From: Candidatus Sungiibacteriota bacterium
GTDB taxonomy: Bacteria; Patescibacteriota; Minisyncoccia; Sungbacterales; JACQCQ01
Assembly (NCBI GenBank): GCA_016201505.1
Contig: JACQCQ010000008.1
Span: 1-42,835, forward strand
Direction of reading: 5' to 3'
Length of the DNA: 42,835 nt
The position numbers and the translations under genes are program-made. Below the pieces are notes generated by a model. That model saw nothing but the letters and a program-made list of their open reading frames with translations, was not told the DNA's origin and ran no database searches. Positions 19,242-29,587 of the stretch are shown here, one piece after another (the first letter of the stretch is position 1; the number at the start of each line of letters is the position of its first letter).

Positions 19242-19919
19242 TTAGTTTTTAAACAGGTTGATCTCATTGAATGCCAAAACCCTCCATTCGCCGGGTTTTA
19301 AATTCCTGATACCAATATCACCAATCCGCACGCGGGTTAATTGGACGACGGTTAGCCCGACAGCCGCCGCCATCCGGCGGATCTGTCGATTTTTACCCTG
19401 AACCAAAACTATCTGAAATGACTTCTTGCCTGTTTTCATGGCGTGGGCCGGTTTTGTCAGGCCATCCGAAAGCCGGATGCCGCCCGACAGTCTTTGCATC
19501 ATTGCCGGCGTTACATCTTCTTGGGTCTTGACTTCATATTCTTTTTCCACTGCATACTTTTCAGCCGTAAGATGCGAGGCGAGCACTCCGTCATCCGTCA
19601 AAATGAGCATGCCCGAACTTCCTTTATCGAGTCTCCCGACGTAGGCCAAATTTTGAAACGCTTTCGGCAGCCAGTGATAAATCGTCTGGCCCTCTTTTGC
19701 CCCCTTTGTTACCACATACCCCTCGGGTTTATTGAGCAGAATTGCTCTTCTCTCCCTCCTCCCCAGCACCTCGACTCTATCTTTTGCGGGATCGATTTTT
19801 GTGCCGAGCGTCCTCTCAACTTTCCCATTTACCATAATCTTCCCCGCCAAAATTAAGCGCTCGGCCTCGCGCCGCGAGGCCATGCCTTTTTCCGATAAAT
19901 ATTTTTGGATGCGAATCAT
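19242..19919 (-). CDS. rRNA pseudouridine synthase (RsuA/RluB family)
   Basis: S4 domain SRREAE, VGRLD, GKNRQIRRM. Confidence 0.93.
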   Translation of the reverse strand: MIRIQKYLSEKGMASRREAERLILAGKIMVNGKVERTLGTKIDPAKDRVEVLGRRERRAILLNKPEGYVVTKGAKEGQTIYHWLPKAFQNLAYVGRLDKGSSGMLILTDDGVLASHLTAEKYAVEKEYEVKTQEDVTPAMMQRLSGGIRLSDGLTKPAHAMKTGKKSFQIVLVQGKNRQIRRMAAAVGLTVVQLTRVRIGDIGIRNLKPGEWRVLAFNEINLFKN

Positions 19920-21682
19920 TATACAATAAACCCGCCAACTTGGAGCTCCCAGAGTTTTTTGTAAAGGCTATCGGAGGTATCAAGCAGCATCTGATGTGTT
20001 CCTTCTTCCAGCCTAGCCCCATCTTTCATCACCACGATGCGATCGAGTCTCATAATCGTCGAGAGCCGGTGGGCAATCACAATTGTCGTTTTGCCTTTCA
20101 TTAAGTTCGCCAACGCATCCTGAATGAGAGATTCGGAATGAGAATCGAGACTTGAGGTTGCTTCATCTAAGACCAATATCGGCGCATTCTTCAAAATAGC
20201 GCGCGCAATCGCCACCCGTTGACGTTCCCCGCCGGATAATTTAATTCCCCGCTCGCCGACATAGGTATTATATTTTTCCGGCAAGGCTTCAATAAACTCA
20301 TCACAATGCGCCAGGCGCGCCGCGCTAATGACTGCCTGATCGGTCGCATCCCGCCGCCCGTATCGCATATTCTCCATCAAACTGCGGTGGAAAAGAATCG
20401 GCTCCTGCGGGACGAGCGAAATATTTGACCGCAGAGACTCTTGGGTGACATCGGCGATATTTTGTCCGTCAAAAAGAATCTGACCCGACCGAACATCATA
20501 AAATCGGAAGAGAAGTGCGGACAGGGTCGTTTTTCCCGCACCGGATGCGCCGACGATGCCGACGCGTTCACCCGGTTGGATGATAAGATTAAAATTCTTC
20601 ATCACTGACCGGCCATTTTTGTAGGTAAACGAAACGTCGCGAAATTCTATTTTGCCTGCTTGCACTACCAAGTGGGGAGCCGCTGGTTCATTTTGAATTT
20701 CGTGCGGCGTGTTTAAAATTTCCGTCATCTCTTCAGCGTCAGCCAAGTTTTTATAGAGCTGGCGGAATATGCGGCCGAAGTTCCAGAGCTGGTGGATCGT
20801 GGTTAACACATAGGCCTGCAGCAAAACAAAATCACCAATCGTTAATCGGCCCTCGCGCCAGAGATGTAAAGCCGCCCAAAAAATCAGGAACTCGAGTATG
20901 ACCGTAAGCGCGGCCTGAACTGCTTCAATATAGCCGCCTAAGTTCCAGACAAACCGACTCATTTTGTACTCTTCATCTGTCAGCCTCCTAAATGAGGCGA
21001 CTTCATCGCGAAATCCGGTAAAAAGCTTGATCGTAACATTATTCGTAATCGTATCGGCCAGCCGGGCAGTCACCCGCGTGTCAATTTCAGCGCTCCGGAT
21101 GTCGTATTTCAGTTTATAGATGGCGAGTGAATAATTGATCGCCATGAAGAGAACCGCCCAGCCAAGCATCAGCCAGCCAAGCAGCGCGCTTTTTATAAAC
21201 AGCACGATGAGAATACCCGAGATTTTTATGACCAAAGGAAACAGGTCCCAATAGAGCTTATCGGCAATATTCTCGAAAGCGCCCGAGAATCGATTAACTT
21301 TCCGCACCAAAGCGCCGGCAAATCGATTGACAAAAAAGCCGTAGGAATGTTCGTGTAAGTACTCGAAGGCGGTATTGATCAGGTTCGTCATAACTCGCGG
21401 CTGCAGAAAGTTATTTGAGAAAACTGAAATACGCCACAGCCCCCATGAGAGCGCGTTTAAGGCCAAGACCTGAAGCACGATCGCAAATAATTTGGGAAAT
21501 GTCGCCGCCGGGTTTGAAGACCCGGCCGCAATCACATCAAAAAATTTCTTATAGAAAAGGGGTGTCACAACATCCAGCGCCGTAACCAGCGCCAGCGAAA
21601 GCACCATTAAAACCACAATCCCGCGGTAGGGTTTTGTGTGTTGCCAGTAGACCTTATAGGTGTCTTTAGTTAACTGCTTCAT
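19919..21682 (-). CDS. ABC exporter, fused permease/ATPase
   Basis: TM domain; GASGAGKT, LSGGERQR, LDEATSSLD, IAHRLST. Confidence 0.95.
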   Translation of the reverse strand: MKQLTKDTYKVYWQHTKPYRGIVVLMVLSLALVTALDVVTPLFYKKFFDVIAAGSSNPAATFPKLFAIVLQVLALNALSWGLWRISVFSNNFLQPRVMTNLINTAFEYLHEHSYGFFVNRFAGALVRKVNRFSGAFENIADKLYWDLFPLVIKISGILIVLFIKSALLGWLMLGWAVLFMAINYSLAIYKLKYDIRSAEIDTRVTARLADTITNNVTIKLFTGFRDEVASFRRLTDEEYKMSRFVWNLGGYIEAVQAALTVILEFLIFWAALHLWREGRLTIGDFVLLQAYVLTTIHQLWNFGRIFRQLYKNLADAEEMTEILNTPHEIQNEPAAPHLVVQAGKIEFRDVSFTYKNGRSVMKNFNLIIQPGERVGIVGASGAGKTTLSALLFRFYDVRSGQILFDGQNIADVTQESLRSNISLVPQEPILFHRSLMENMRYGRRDATDQAVISAARLAHCDEFIEALPEKYNTYVGERGIKLSGGERQRVAIARAILKNAPILVLDEATSSLDSHSESLIQDALANLMKGKTTIVIAHRLSTIMRLDRIVVMKDGARLEEGTHQMLLDTSDSLYKKLWELQVGGFIV

Positions 21683-21787
21683 GAAGGGACACTGCGCGCT
21701 AAACGCGGCGAGCCGCCACAAATGATGTGACGGCCTGAAAGTTGACCGAATTTATTTTTAGCAGAAAAATCAAAGCCGTCAATCCTT

Positions 21788-21823
21788 TATACCTATAACA
21801 TCCTATAGGATGTTATAGGTATA
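21788..21823. repeat. Perfect 36-bp palindrome
   Basis: TATACCTATAACATCCTA|TAGGATGTTATAGGTATA. Confidence 0.95.
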
Positions 21824-21839
21824 GGGATGATGGGGGTTA

Positions 21840-22298
21840 TTAAAAGAGGCTTCCCTTAATTTGATCAAGCGCTTGGTTTACCAATCGATCGGCCTGGCGA
21901 TTTTTTTCGCGGAATACGTGAGTAAACGTGACTAATTTATAATCAAGCATTAAATTCCAAAGCTGGATGAATAAAGGAATCACCTGATCGGATTCAATTT
22001 TATATTGGTGATTCAATTGGCGCACGAGTAACTCTGAATCGGCGCGGATATCGATTGAAAGTTGTTTGGTTTTTTCTTTGCCGACAAGCGCTTTTATTTT
22101 TTTAAGCGCAAAAATGACTGCGGCATACTCGGCCTCGTTGTTTGTCTTTACCCCCAGCGTTTCGCCGTATGATTTTACGTGATTGGCTTTGGCATCGGTA
22201 ATATAAACCCCAAGCGCCGCCGGTCCCGGATTGCCCCTCGACCCGCCATCGGTGTAGACAATAAGTTTATCTGAAATTAAGTCTTTGATCTTGGGCAT
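21840..22298 (-). CDS. rnhA: Ribonuclease HI family protein
   Basis: YTDGGSRGNPGPA, TNNEAEY, DSELLVRQ, RE.N..AD. Confidence 0.9.
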   Translation of the reverse strand: MPKIKDLISDKLIVYTDGGSRGNPGPAALGVYITDAKANHVKSYGETLGVKTNNEAEYAAVIFALKKIKALVGKEKTKQLSIDIRADSELLVRQLNHQYKIESDQVIPLFIQLWNLMLDYKLVTFTHVFREKNRQADRLVNQALDQIKGSLF

Positions 22299-22408
22299 AG
22301 AATAATCTCATTATTTCATCCGCATGGACGCCAGAGTAAAATCAGATTATTCAGGTATGGGTCAAGATGACGCCGACAATAAAAACCTTCATCATATTTT
22401 CACATCAA

Positions 22409-23224
22409 TTAATTGTTTATAATTAATTGATGTGGCGGGCCGGAGCGCAAAATTAATTGAATCGAATAAGTTTTACCGCCGACACTAAATGATGCGAGAT
22501 TATTTTCGGCCAATCTTTTGGAAATAGAGACAATTTTATGTTCATTTGCAGTTTTCACGGCAAACTGATACGGGACATCGAATCCCGGCGCGGGCGGAAG
22601 ATATTCCACAGAAAAGTCGGAGAAGGTTATACGCTTATTTACTTTATAATCTATTGGCTTCCCATATGGTGCGACAGTCGTACTTTCAGAATCTGTGGGT
22701 CGAAAACTCTCAATCACGGTTTTGAAGAAGAGGTCTTTATCAAAAGTATTATCTGCAACACCCGCTAGTCTTATTTTTATTTCTGAATTGCTCACCCAAA
22801 AATTAACTCCGTTTTCAACTTTTCCATAACCTATTTGATTCGGATTTGAAAATGGGAACGTTGAAGTGAAAAAGTGGGCATCTGGGTTTGTGGGTTGTCC
22901 TTTGGTCACCAGTATTTCCTGTTCTTTCTTATATTTGGCGCTTTTAAATAACATGCTGCAAATATCAGGCAGATTTTCTTTCGAAGAAGGACCTTTTTCG
23001 GAAATTACCATGGAAATTTCAACGTCCCAATCCCTAAACACCGGGTACTTGAAAATAAAGCCGGACATGCCTGGGCAGGAGAAGTCTCTGACCTCGACGA
23101 CATTATTTTGCGGCCGGTCGAAATAGTGCCAATTAATTGCCCGGCCAGCTTTATAGGCTTCATGGCCAAAAACTACCAACACAATGCCTGCAATGAAAGC
23201 TAAAATGATCATTGGTTTTTTCAT
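22409..23224 (-). CDS. Hypothetical exported protein
   Basis: N-terminal signal or TM helix; AT-rich. Confidence 0.7.
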   Translation of the reverse strand: MKKPMIILAFIAGIVLVVFGHEAYKAGRAINWHYFDRPQNNVVEVRDFSCPGMSGFIFKYPVFRDWDVEISMVISEKGPSSKENLPDICSMLFKSAKYKKEQEILVTKGQPTNPDAHFFTSTFPFSNPNQIGYGKVENGVNFWVSNSEIKIRLAGVADNTFDKDLFFKTVIESFRPTDSESTTVAPYGKPIDYKVNKRITFSDFSVEYLPPAPGFDVPYQFAVKTANEHKIVSISKRLAENNLASFSVGGKTYSIQLILRSGPPHQLIINN

Positions 23225-23713
23225 TCTATGTAAAACGTAATCGACTTTTCATCAAAAAACGAGTAGGCATCCTGGTCGAAATCTATTGACAAAATGTAAT
23301 TCCCGCCATGATCACTCGGTACTAAACCGAATCTGAAGTCCCGATTGCTTGAGATTAGGTCATAAATACCAATGCCATTTATGGTACGGCAGTTTACCCT
23401 TCCGCTGCCAAAACACAAACCTTCATCCTTTTCCCCACACACATCAAGTGAAATCGTTGCATGTAAATTTTTAGCCAGAAGAAAACGTGCGCCACAAAAT
23501 TGGATACGTCCTCCACTTTCCAACCCAAAGTCAGATCAAATGAGAAGTTGAGAAGGGTGAGAGATCTTTGGACGGAGGTGCTTTGAAATGTCGTGGGCTT
23601 TGTGATCTGTTGGCGTCCTATGAACTACACCAATCTACCCACAATGAACATAAGAGCGACTAAGATAAGAACGGGAAGTTTAAAACCAAGCGGTGGCTTA
23701 TTCGTTTAACATG
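23221..23713 (-). pseudogene. Probable decayed exported-protein gene
   Basis: Signal-like segment (FKLPVLILVALMFIVG) with an in-frame TAG and frameshifts, upstream of the 23221-23523 ORF. Confidence 0.35.
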
Positions 23714-23772
23714 TTTTTCTCTAGTGTAGCAAAGCGAGCTCAACGTGAACATAGGCGACTGCGTGAGTGTAA

Positions 23773-24570
23773 TTATCTCAAATACCCGACTTGCTTTAAC
23801 CAATAGTCATTCTCCCACTCCCAAAGAGTTTTGGCGGCGAGAAAGGCCTTGGCGTCGCGGTAATAATAGGGAAACTCTTTTAGTTCGATATCCCCTTCCG
23901 GCCCATTAAACTCATGCTCCGCTTCCGGACAGGGCTTCACTGCATTTCGTCTGCCATTTCTGATTTTGGACCTTCCGCCTTTTTCGCGAAGCTTGGCGCC
24001 ACATTTTTTGCAGACCGAATGCTGATTGATACGCAAGATCCAGCGCGTTTCTACGGCCCGAGTAAGCCCCAGGGCTTTTTTCATCTGATACTCTTGCAAG
24101 GCCTGAATGTAGGCCGCAGTCTGCAAATTATATTCGGGATAAAATCCGGGCGAGGTTTTTATATCCAGCACGCCGAACTTCCCATCAATGATGCAAAGCG
24201 CATCGACAGTCCCCGCATAGCGGTGTGACCTGGACCAAATTTGTTTTTCAATATACTCGGGAATAAATTCCATCTTCCGTTCTTCGTTAAATTGCATAAG
24301 TGTTTCCAGGGCGGCGGCAAATTCGGGCGGGATCTCGACAGCTGCACCGGTTAAAAGTTTTTGGGCAGTTTCATGAATCAGCGAGCCTTCTTCGGCTGAT
24401 TTATTCTTTACCTCTTCGGCTGATTCATACGAGCCCATCTCGCGAAAAAATGAATCGAGCGCAGGCTTTGATTTAATATCCAAAATCTTGGTAACCCGCG
24501 GATACCAAACCCCGTCAATGTGATATCCCATCTCCTCTTTAAATTTATTGCCGTCAGAAAACCATCCCAT
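23773..24570 (-). CDS. PD-(D/E)XK nuclease superfamily protein
   Basis: YPRVT.IL, GS.IH, YAGTVD, LDIKTS, QTAAY; C-terminal CxxC..C..H. Confidence 0.8.
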   Translation of the reverse strand: MGWFSDGNKFKEEMGYHIDGVWYPRVTKILDIKSKPALDSFFREMGSYESAEEVKNKSAEEGSLIHETAQKLLTGAAVEIPPEFAAALETLMQFNEERKMEFIPEYIEKQIWSRSHRYAGTVDALCIIDGKFGVLDIKTSPGFYPEYNLQTAAYIQALQEYQMKKALGLTRAVETRWILRINQHSVCKKCGAKLREKGGRSKIRNGRRNAVKPCPEAEHEFNGPEGDIELKEFPYYYRDAKAFLAAKTLWEWENDYWLKQVGYLR

Positions 24571-24767
24571 TAGAAAATTAATCAGTTTAACTTTGGTAAT
24601 GCTTACACGTATATTCAGTATAGCAGTTTACTAACATATTCCTTATCATTTTAATTTTCTAACGGGATAATCCCGTTAGAAAATTAATCAGTTTAACTTT
24701 GGTAATGCTTACACGTATATTCAGTATAGCAGTTTACTAACATATTCCTTATCATTTTAATTTTCTA
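24566..24767. repeat. Tandem pair of CCC(A/G)TTAGA elements (101 bp plus a truncated copy)
   Basis: 24566-24666 and 24672-24767 are near-identical; TIR CCCRTTAGAAAATTAA / TTAATTTTCTAACGGG. Confidence 0.9.
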
Positions 24768-24918
24768 GAGTTCAAACGGACCTCGCTTATTCGTGTAGCT
24801 ACCTTTACTACCCCTATTGTGCTGGTTGAGGCGTTTCCGCAAGTCGGCAGTGAACCCGGTATAGAATCTGTTTGATTTTAAGCTTCTCAGTACATAGACA
24901 TAGAACATAGATAGGTCT

Positions 24919-26076
24919 CTAATGGGACCGCCTTTCAAGCGCCCTGATCCCCGCTAGCGTCCCGTTGGCCGCGAGCTCGAGCAACGCCCCGCCCGCGGTT
25001 GAAATATAAATCCCCGGGTTTCTAATATGCTCACGCGCCAAGACACCGGAGAGATCCCCGCCGCCTAAAATGATTTCCGCCCTGGATGACCGAAGGGCCC
25101 TGGCGGCGCGCGCGGTCCCCTCATTGGTTTTTTGAAGCTCCATATACCCCAAGGGGCCATTCCAAAGAATGGTTTTCGATTTTTTTATTTCGCTCACCAA
25201 AAATTCGGTTGCCGCGCCGCCGACCTCAACAATGTATTCATTTTTTTGGACCTGGGTAATTTTTTTATTTTTGGGAGCCGCACGTGAGGCCAGGCTCGGC
25301 AGTGTCTTTACATCTCGGGGCAAATATATCCCTTTGACGCGCAACAATTTTTTTGCGATTGAAAGAGAATCTTTATCATAGATCGACTTACCGATTTCAT
25401 AGCCTTTGGCTGCTAAAAAAGTATTAAGCATCGCCCCGCCGATAAATATAAAATTTGACCTTCGGGCTAGGGCTTCGATGTAGGCGATTTTTGTGCTGAC
25501 TTTGGCGCCACCTATGATTACCAGAAATGGTTTCTTGGGATTCTTGAAGCTTTTTCCCAAGTGCGTAACTTCTTTTATAAAATCAATGCCCGCATAGGCC
25601 GGCAGCAACTGCGGAAGCTGAACGATTGAGGCCGCATTTCGATGCGACACGGAGAAGGCCTCGTTTACATACACATCGCCCCAACGGGCAATGGATCGCG
25701 CAAATTTTGCCTCATTTTTCTGTTCGCCCGGCCAAAAACGCAGATTTTCGGAAAATAAAATGGGAGTTGAATGGCTATCGGGATTTTCTTTTACCGGATC
25801 GGAAACGAAGCCGATCTTTTTGCCGAGTAATTTTTCCAGCCGACTTACAATCGGTCGGATTGACATTCGAGTATCACGGCCCTTCGGCTCGCCTAAATGA
25901 GCAATGATAAAAAGCCGGCCGCGATGGGCTAAAACCCATTTGATCGTGGGCAGTGCCGCCTGGATGCGAAAATCGTCGAGAATCTTTCCTCGAACCAGCG
26001 GCACATTCATATCCACCCGAAGAATCACGCGTTTTCCCTCAAAATTTCTGACAGTCTCAATAGTTCGAATTTTCAT
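24919..26076 (-). CDS. pgk: Phosphoglycerate kinase
   Basis: RVDMNVP, HLGEP, ENLRF, GGAKVSTK, WNGPLG, STAGGA.LE. Confidence 0.95.
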   Translation of the reverse strand: MKIRTIETVRNFEGKRVILRVDMNVPLVRGKILDDFRIQAALPTIKWVLAHRGRLFIIAHLGEPKGRDTRMSIRPIVSRLEKLLGKKIGFVSDPVKENPDSHSTPILFSENLRFWPGEQKNEAKFARSIARWGDVYVNEAFSVSHRNAASIVQLPQLLPAYAGIDFIKEVTHLGKSFKNPKKPFLVIIGGAKVSTKIAYIEALARRSNFIFIGGAMLNTFLAAKGYEIGKSIYDKDSLSIAKKLLRVKGIYLPRDVKTLPSLASRAAPKNKKITQVQKNEYIVEVGGAATEFLVSEIKKSKTILWNGPLGYMELQKTNEGTARAARALRSSRAEIILGGGDLSGVLAREHIRNPGIYISTAGGALLELAANGTLAGIRALERRSH

Positions 26077-26120
26077 TGTCTCGTGATGGTCTAGTCTTGA
26101 TATACTAAGTATAACAACTT

Positions 26121-27398
26121 ATGCCGGAAACCAAGAAAAATATTGTCATTGCGGGCGGCGGATTCGGCGGGATTCTTGCCGCCGTTTATTTAGATAAAGG
26201 CTTAAAAAAGAATCCGGCTATTGCAAAAAACTACCAGCTGATCTTAATAAATAACCATCACTTGCATCTCTACACGCCGGCTCTCTATGAAATCGCCTCG
26301 ATTCCTCAAGGAAAACATAATCTTGAATATGTAAAATCATCCATCACGATACCCCTCATCGAAATTTTCGAGCATCGAAATGTCGAGTGGAGGGAGGAGA
26401 CAATTATCAGCATTGACCGAACGAAAAAAGAATTAGCGTTTCAAAGCGGAAAAGCACTCCCCTACGAATATCTAATATTGGCTCTCGGTTCTGAAACTTC
26501 ATACTTCAATATCCCCGGCGCCAAAGAGCATGGTCTGCCGCTTAAAACATTCGCCGATGCGGTACATCTTCGGGATGCAATCGAAAATGGCTTGATGTCG
26601 GGCACTTCGCATCTGGATATCGTGGTGGCGGGGGCGGGAGCTTCTGGCGTTGAGGTGGCAGCCGAATTTGAAAATTTTGTCTCTTCCATTCAGAAAATTG
26701 GCCAGGCCTGCCAGGTCACTGTCTCACTGGTTGAAGGCTCACCTGAAATTCTCCCGGGATTTGATGCTTGGGTGGTCCAAAAAGCCAAAAAACGGCTTGA
26801 ATCGCTAGGCGTAAAGATTATAACGAACGCCCTGATTACCCAAGTCGATAAAACCATGATCAGGTTTAAAAATGGCTCGACGCGTCCCTATACGATTTTA
26901 GTTTGGGCGGGAGGGGTGAAGGCGGCTTCGGTACTCGCATCCATGGGGATTCAATTATCGCCAAAAGGTGGTGCACCTATCAATCAATTTCTTGAGGTAG
27001 GGAGAAGTATTTTTGCCGTTGGAGACAGTGCTGCGTTTATCCATCCTAAAACCGGAAAACCATTGCCCTGGAATGTACCAATTGCCGAAGCCCAAGCCAA
27101 AACCGCGGCGGCCAATATCATCCGAGAAATCAGCGGGAAGCCGAAGCTTCCCTTTCGCCCAAAGATTAAATACCCATTTATCCTGGCCGTTGGCGAAACC
27201 TATGCCATTGCCGACCTAAATCTCTTCCATCTCGCCGGCTTCTCCGCCTGGATTTTAAAACAGGCTATTGAATTAAAATATCTCCTAACCATTCTCCCAT
27301 TCTTTCAGGCCATCCCGACTTGGCTCAAGTTCATGGCGGTTGCGCGGTCAAACGATGTCAGGATGTCTACTAAGACTCAATCTCCTCAAGCGAACTAA
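26121..27398 (+). CDS. ndh: Type II NADH:quinone oxidoreductase-like flavoprotein
   Basis: GGGFGG, LALGS, GAGASGVEVAAE, WAGG, FAVGD. Confidence 0.8.
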   Translation: MPETKKNIVIAGGGFGGILAAVYLDKGLKKNPAIAKNYQLILINNHHLHLYTPALYEIASIPQGKHNLEYVKSSITIPLIEIFEHRNVEWREETIISIDRTKKELAFQSGKALPYEYLILALGSETSYFNIPGAKEHGLPLKTFADAVHLRDAIENGLMSGTSHLDIVVAGAGASGVEVAAEFENFVSSIQKIGQACQVTVSLVEGSPEILPGFDAWVVQKAKKRLESLGVKIITNALITQVDKTMIRFKNGSTRPYTILVWAGGVKAASVLASMGIQLSPKGGAPINQFLEVGRSIFAVGDSAAFIHPKTGKPLPWNVPIAEAQAKTAAANIIREISGKPKLPFRPKIKYPFILAVGETYAIADLNLFHLAGFSAWILKQAIELKYLLTILPFFQAIPTWLKFMAVARSNDVRMSTKTQSPQAN

Positions 27399-28161
27399 TA
27401 ATCTTTGCAAAATCGTCTTTTAAGGATGCACCGCCAACTAGAACACCCTGAACTTCGCCGGAGGTTTCGCGAATGAACGAGGCCACGTTTGTCGAAGTGA
27501 TCGATCCGCCGTATAAAACTCTGGCGTGCGAGACACTGCCCTCGCCATGCATTTCGGCCAAAACTTTTCGTATATAAATTGCGGCTTTATGCATACTCTC
27601 CGGCGTGTCCGGCTTTCCCGTCCCGATCGCCCAAACCGGCTCATACGCCACGACGAGAGACTCAATAAACATTCCGGAAATTCCTTGGGTCGCCTTTTTT
27701 AATTGATCGCCAACAATTTCTGGGATATCATCGCCCATTCGTTCTTTTTCACCGATGCACAGTATCGGATGCAGCCCAGTCTCAAATGCGCGCTGTAACT
27801 TTTTATTTACCATCTCGTCCGTCTCGCCGAGAAGTCGCCTACGCTCTGAATGACCAATGATGACATACGAAACGCCGAGTTCCTTTTCCATCGGCCCCGA
27901 AACTTCGCCGGTATAGGCGCCGTCTCGCTCCCAGAAAAGATCCTGCGCGCCAAGATGAACCGCGGCCTCACTGCGCATCTCAAGATCATGAATTCCCCAC
28001 CTGCGCTCGATGGCCGATAAAAACGGGAAGGGCGGACAAACCACGACCTCAACATTTCTGGCAGATTTGGCGGCGTTCAAAGTCGTGGAAAATAAATCCA
28101 GAGCTTCCCCCTCCGTCCCCGGATTCATTTTCCAGTTAGCAACCGCGAGGTATTTTTTCAT
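27370..28161 (-). CDS. tpiA: Triosephosphate isomerase
   Basis: ANWKMN, GHSERR, AYEPVWAIGTG, YGGS, LVGGASL. Confidence 0.97.
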   Translation of the reverse strand: MKKYLAVANWKMNPGTEGEALDLFSTTLNAAKSARNVEVVVCPPFPFLSAIERRWGIHDLEMRSEAAVHLGAQDLFWERDGAYTGEVSGPMEKELGVSYVIIGHSERRRLLGETDEMVNKKLQRAFETGLHPILCIGEKERMGDDIPEIVGDQLKKATQGISGMFIESLVVAYEPVWAIGTGKPDTPESMHKAAIYIRKVLAEMHGEGSVSHARVLYGGSITSTNVASFIRETSGEVQGVLVGGASLKDDFAKIISSLEEIES

Positions 28162-28261
28162 CCCATTAGAGAATTAATTAATAACTTCATTGCACGTTTA
28201 ATGTTTTTATGGCTGCGAATCTCATTTTCGAGATACGGCTTCTGGTTAATTCTCTAATGGG
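28162..28261. repeat. CCCATTAGA element (100 bp) at the galT/tpiA junction
   Basis: CCCATTAGAGAATTAA / TTAATTCTCTAATGGG, a perfect 16-bp TIR. Confidence 0.9.
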
Positions 28262-28266
28262 ACAAA

Positions 28267-29304
28267 CTAGCTGACTTTAACCGAGCGCAAAAATTCGGCG
28301 GCCGATTCGGGTGTAATGGTCGAGATTTCAATGCCGGTGGCAAACTCAAATCCAGCCAGCGTACTTGTTATCGGCAAAATCTCGAGATGCCAATGATAGT
28401 GCGAGTATCCCGAAGCGGATTTCGCCGGTGCGGTATGAATAAAGAAGTTGTGTGACGGATCGTTTAGGCCTTTATCGAGTTTGGCGAGGGACACCCGCAA
28501 GGCCTCGGCAAAGGGCGTTATTTCGTTATCGCTGATATTTTGAAATTCAGAGGCATGGAGTTTGGGAAAAATCCGCACCTCAAATGAGGTATGCGAAGCA
28601 AAGGGCGCAAATGCCACAAATAAATCATTTTCAAAAATAATACGGTGTCTTTCTTGCAATTCAAACTCAATGATTACGCAATGAATGCATTTTTTATTCT
28701 CGCGAAAGTATCGTTCGGAACCGGCCAGCGAGCGCAACAGTTCAGGCGAGACAACAGGAATGGCGATTAACTGTGAATGCGGATGCGTAATGGAAGCTCC
28801 CGAATGCGGGCCATGGTTATGGATAATAGAAACGTATTCAACGCATTCTTCAAACGACAACGTGCTCATCCGTTCGCGATAGCTACGAATTACGAGGGCG
28901 GCTTCGTCATTTGTCATCTGGGCAATCGACTTATGATGATCGCGGGATACGATAACTTCGTGAAAGCCATTGCCGTCGGTAAACTTATGCGGACCCAAAG
29001 GTAAAATAACGGGGCAGATCGGGCTGGGATAAAATGCCGGAAACTTGTTGGGGATCACCTCGATAAACCAATCGGCTGCGGCGGGGCTATCAAAATCAGT
29101 TACGATTTCTCCCTTTTTTGAAATGACTAATTTGGCATCACTTTCTAATTTCTCAAAGGGACAGGTCTCGATATTGTTCGTTGGCTTTTCTTCTTTCGAG
29201 ACAAAATCATTTGGGCGCCGGGCGCGGCCCGTCGCAATCACCACCCATTCGCCGGTCACAACATCCTGGCGCAGTTCAGTTAATTTTTTTCCAGCATCAA
29301 GCAT
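28267..29304 (-). CDS. galT: Galactose-1-phosphate uridylyltransferase family protein
   Basis: RARRP, CPF, NKFPA, GASITHPHSQ, YHWHLEI. Confidence 0.9.
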   Translation of the reverse strand: MLDAGKKLTELRQDVVTGEWVVIATGRARRPNDFVSKEEKPTNNIETCPFEKLESDAKLVISKKGEIVTDFDSPAAADWFIEVIPNKFPAFYPSPICPVILPLGPHKFTDGNGFHEVIVSRDHHKSIAQMTNDEAALVIRSYRERMSTLSFEECVEYVSIIHNHGPHSGASITHPHSQLIAIPVVSPELLRSLAGSERYFRENKKCIHCVIIEFELQERHRIIFENDLFVAFAPFASHTSFEVRIFPKLHASEFQNISDNEITPFAEALRVSLAKLDKGLNDPSHNFFIHTAPAKSASGYSHYHWHLEILPITSTLAGFEFATGIEISTITPESAAEFLRSVKVS

Positions 29305-29587
29305 ACCGGGTAGTATAAATTTGGCTATTTTTTTGATTATAGCAGAATTCTTTCAACATACGCTTTAATAGTCTAGCGCCCTGACTCGTTTTTAAATAGT
29401 GCCCTCTTCGCTTCGCATCTGATTCATTCAAATAGGCTTCGTAATGAATCAAATGCCAGGGCGCGTAAGGCTCGGTAGACTTATTCTTTTTGGAATTATG
29501 TTCCACGATTCTTTTTCTTAAATCTTTTGTGTAACCAACGTAGAGTCCATTCGCTCTATTTTGTAAAAGATAGATATAGTGGAACAT
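29297..29587 (-). CDS. GIY-YIG nuclease family protein
   Basis: YIYLL..LYVGYTKDLRKRIVEHN..ST..PW.LIHYEAY. Confidence 0.9.
   Translation of the reverse strand: MFHYIYLLQNRANGLYVGYTKDLRKRIVEHNSKKNKSTEPYAPWHLIHYEAYLNESDAKRRGHYLKTSQGARLLKRMLKEFCYNQKNSQIYTTRYA

Noticed and set aside
23773-24570. Cas4 / CRISPR adaptation gene
   Set aside because: Generic PD-(D/E)XK motifs without the Cas4 four-Cys Fe-S pattern or any cas context.
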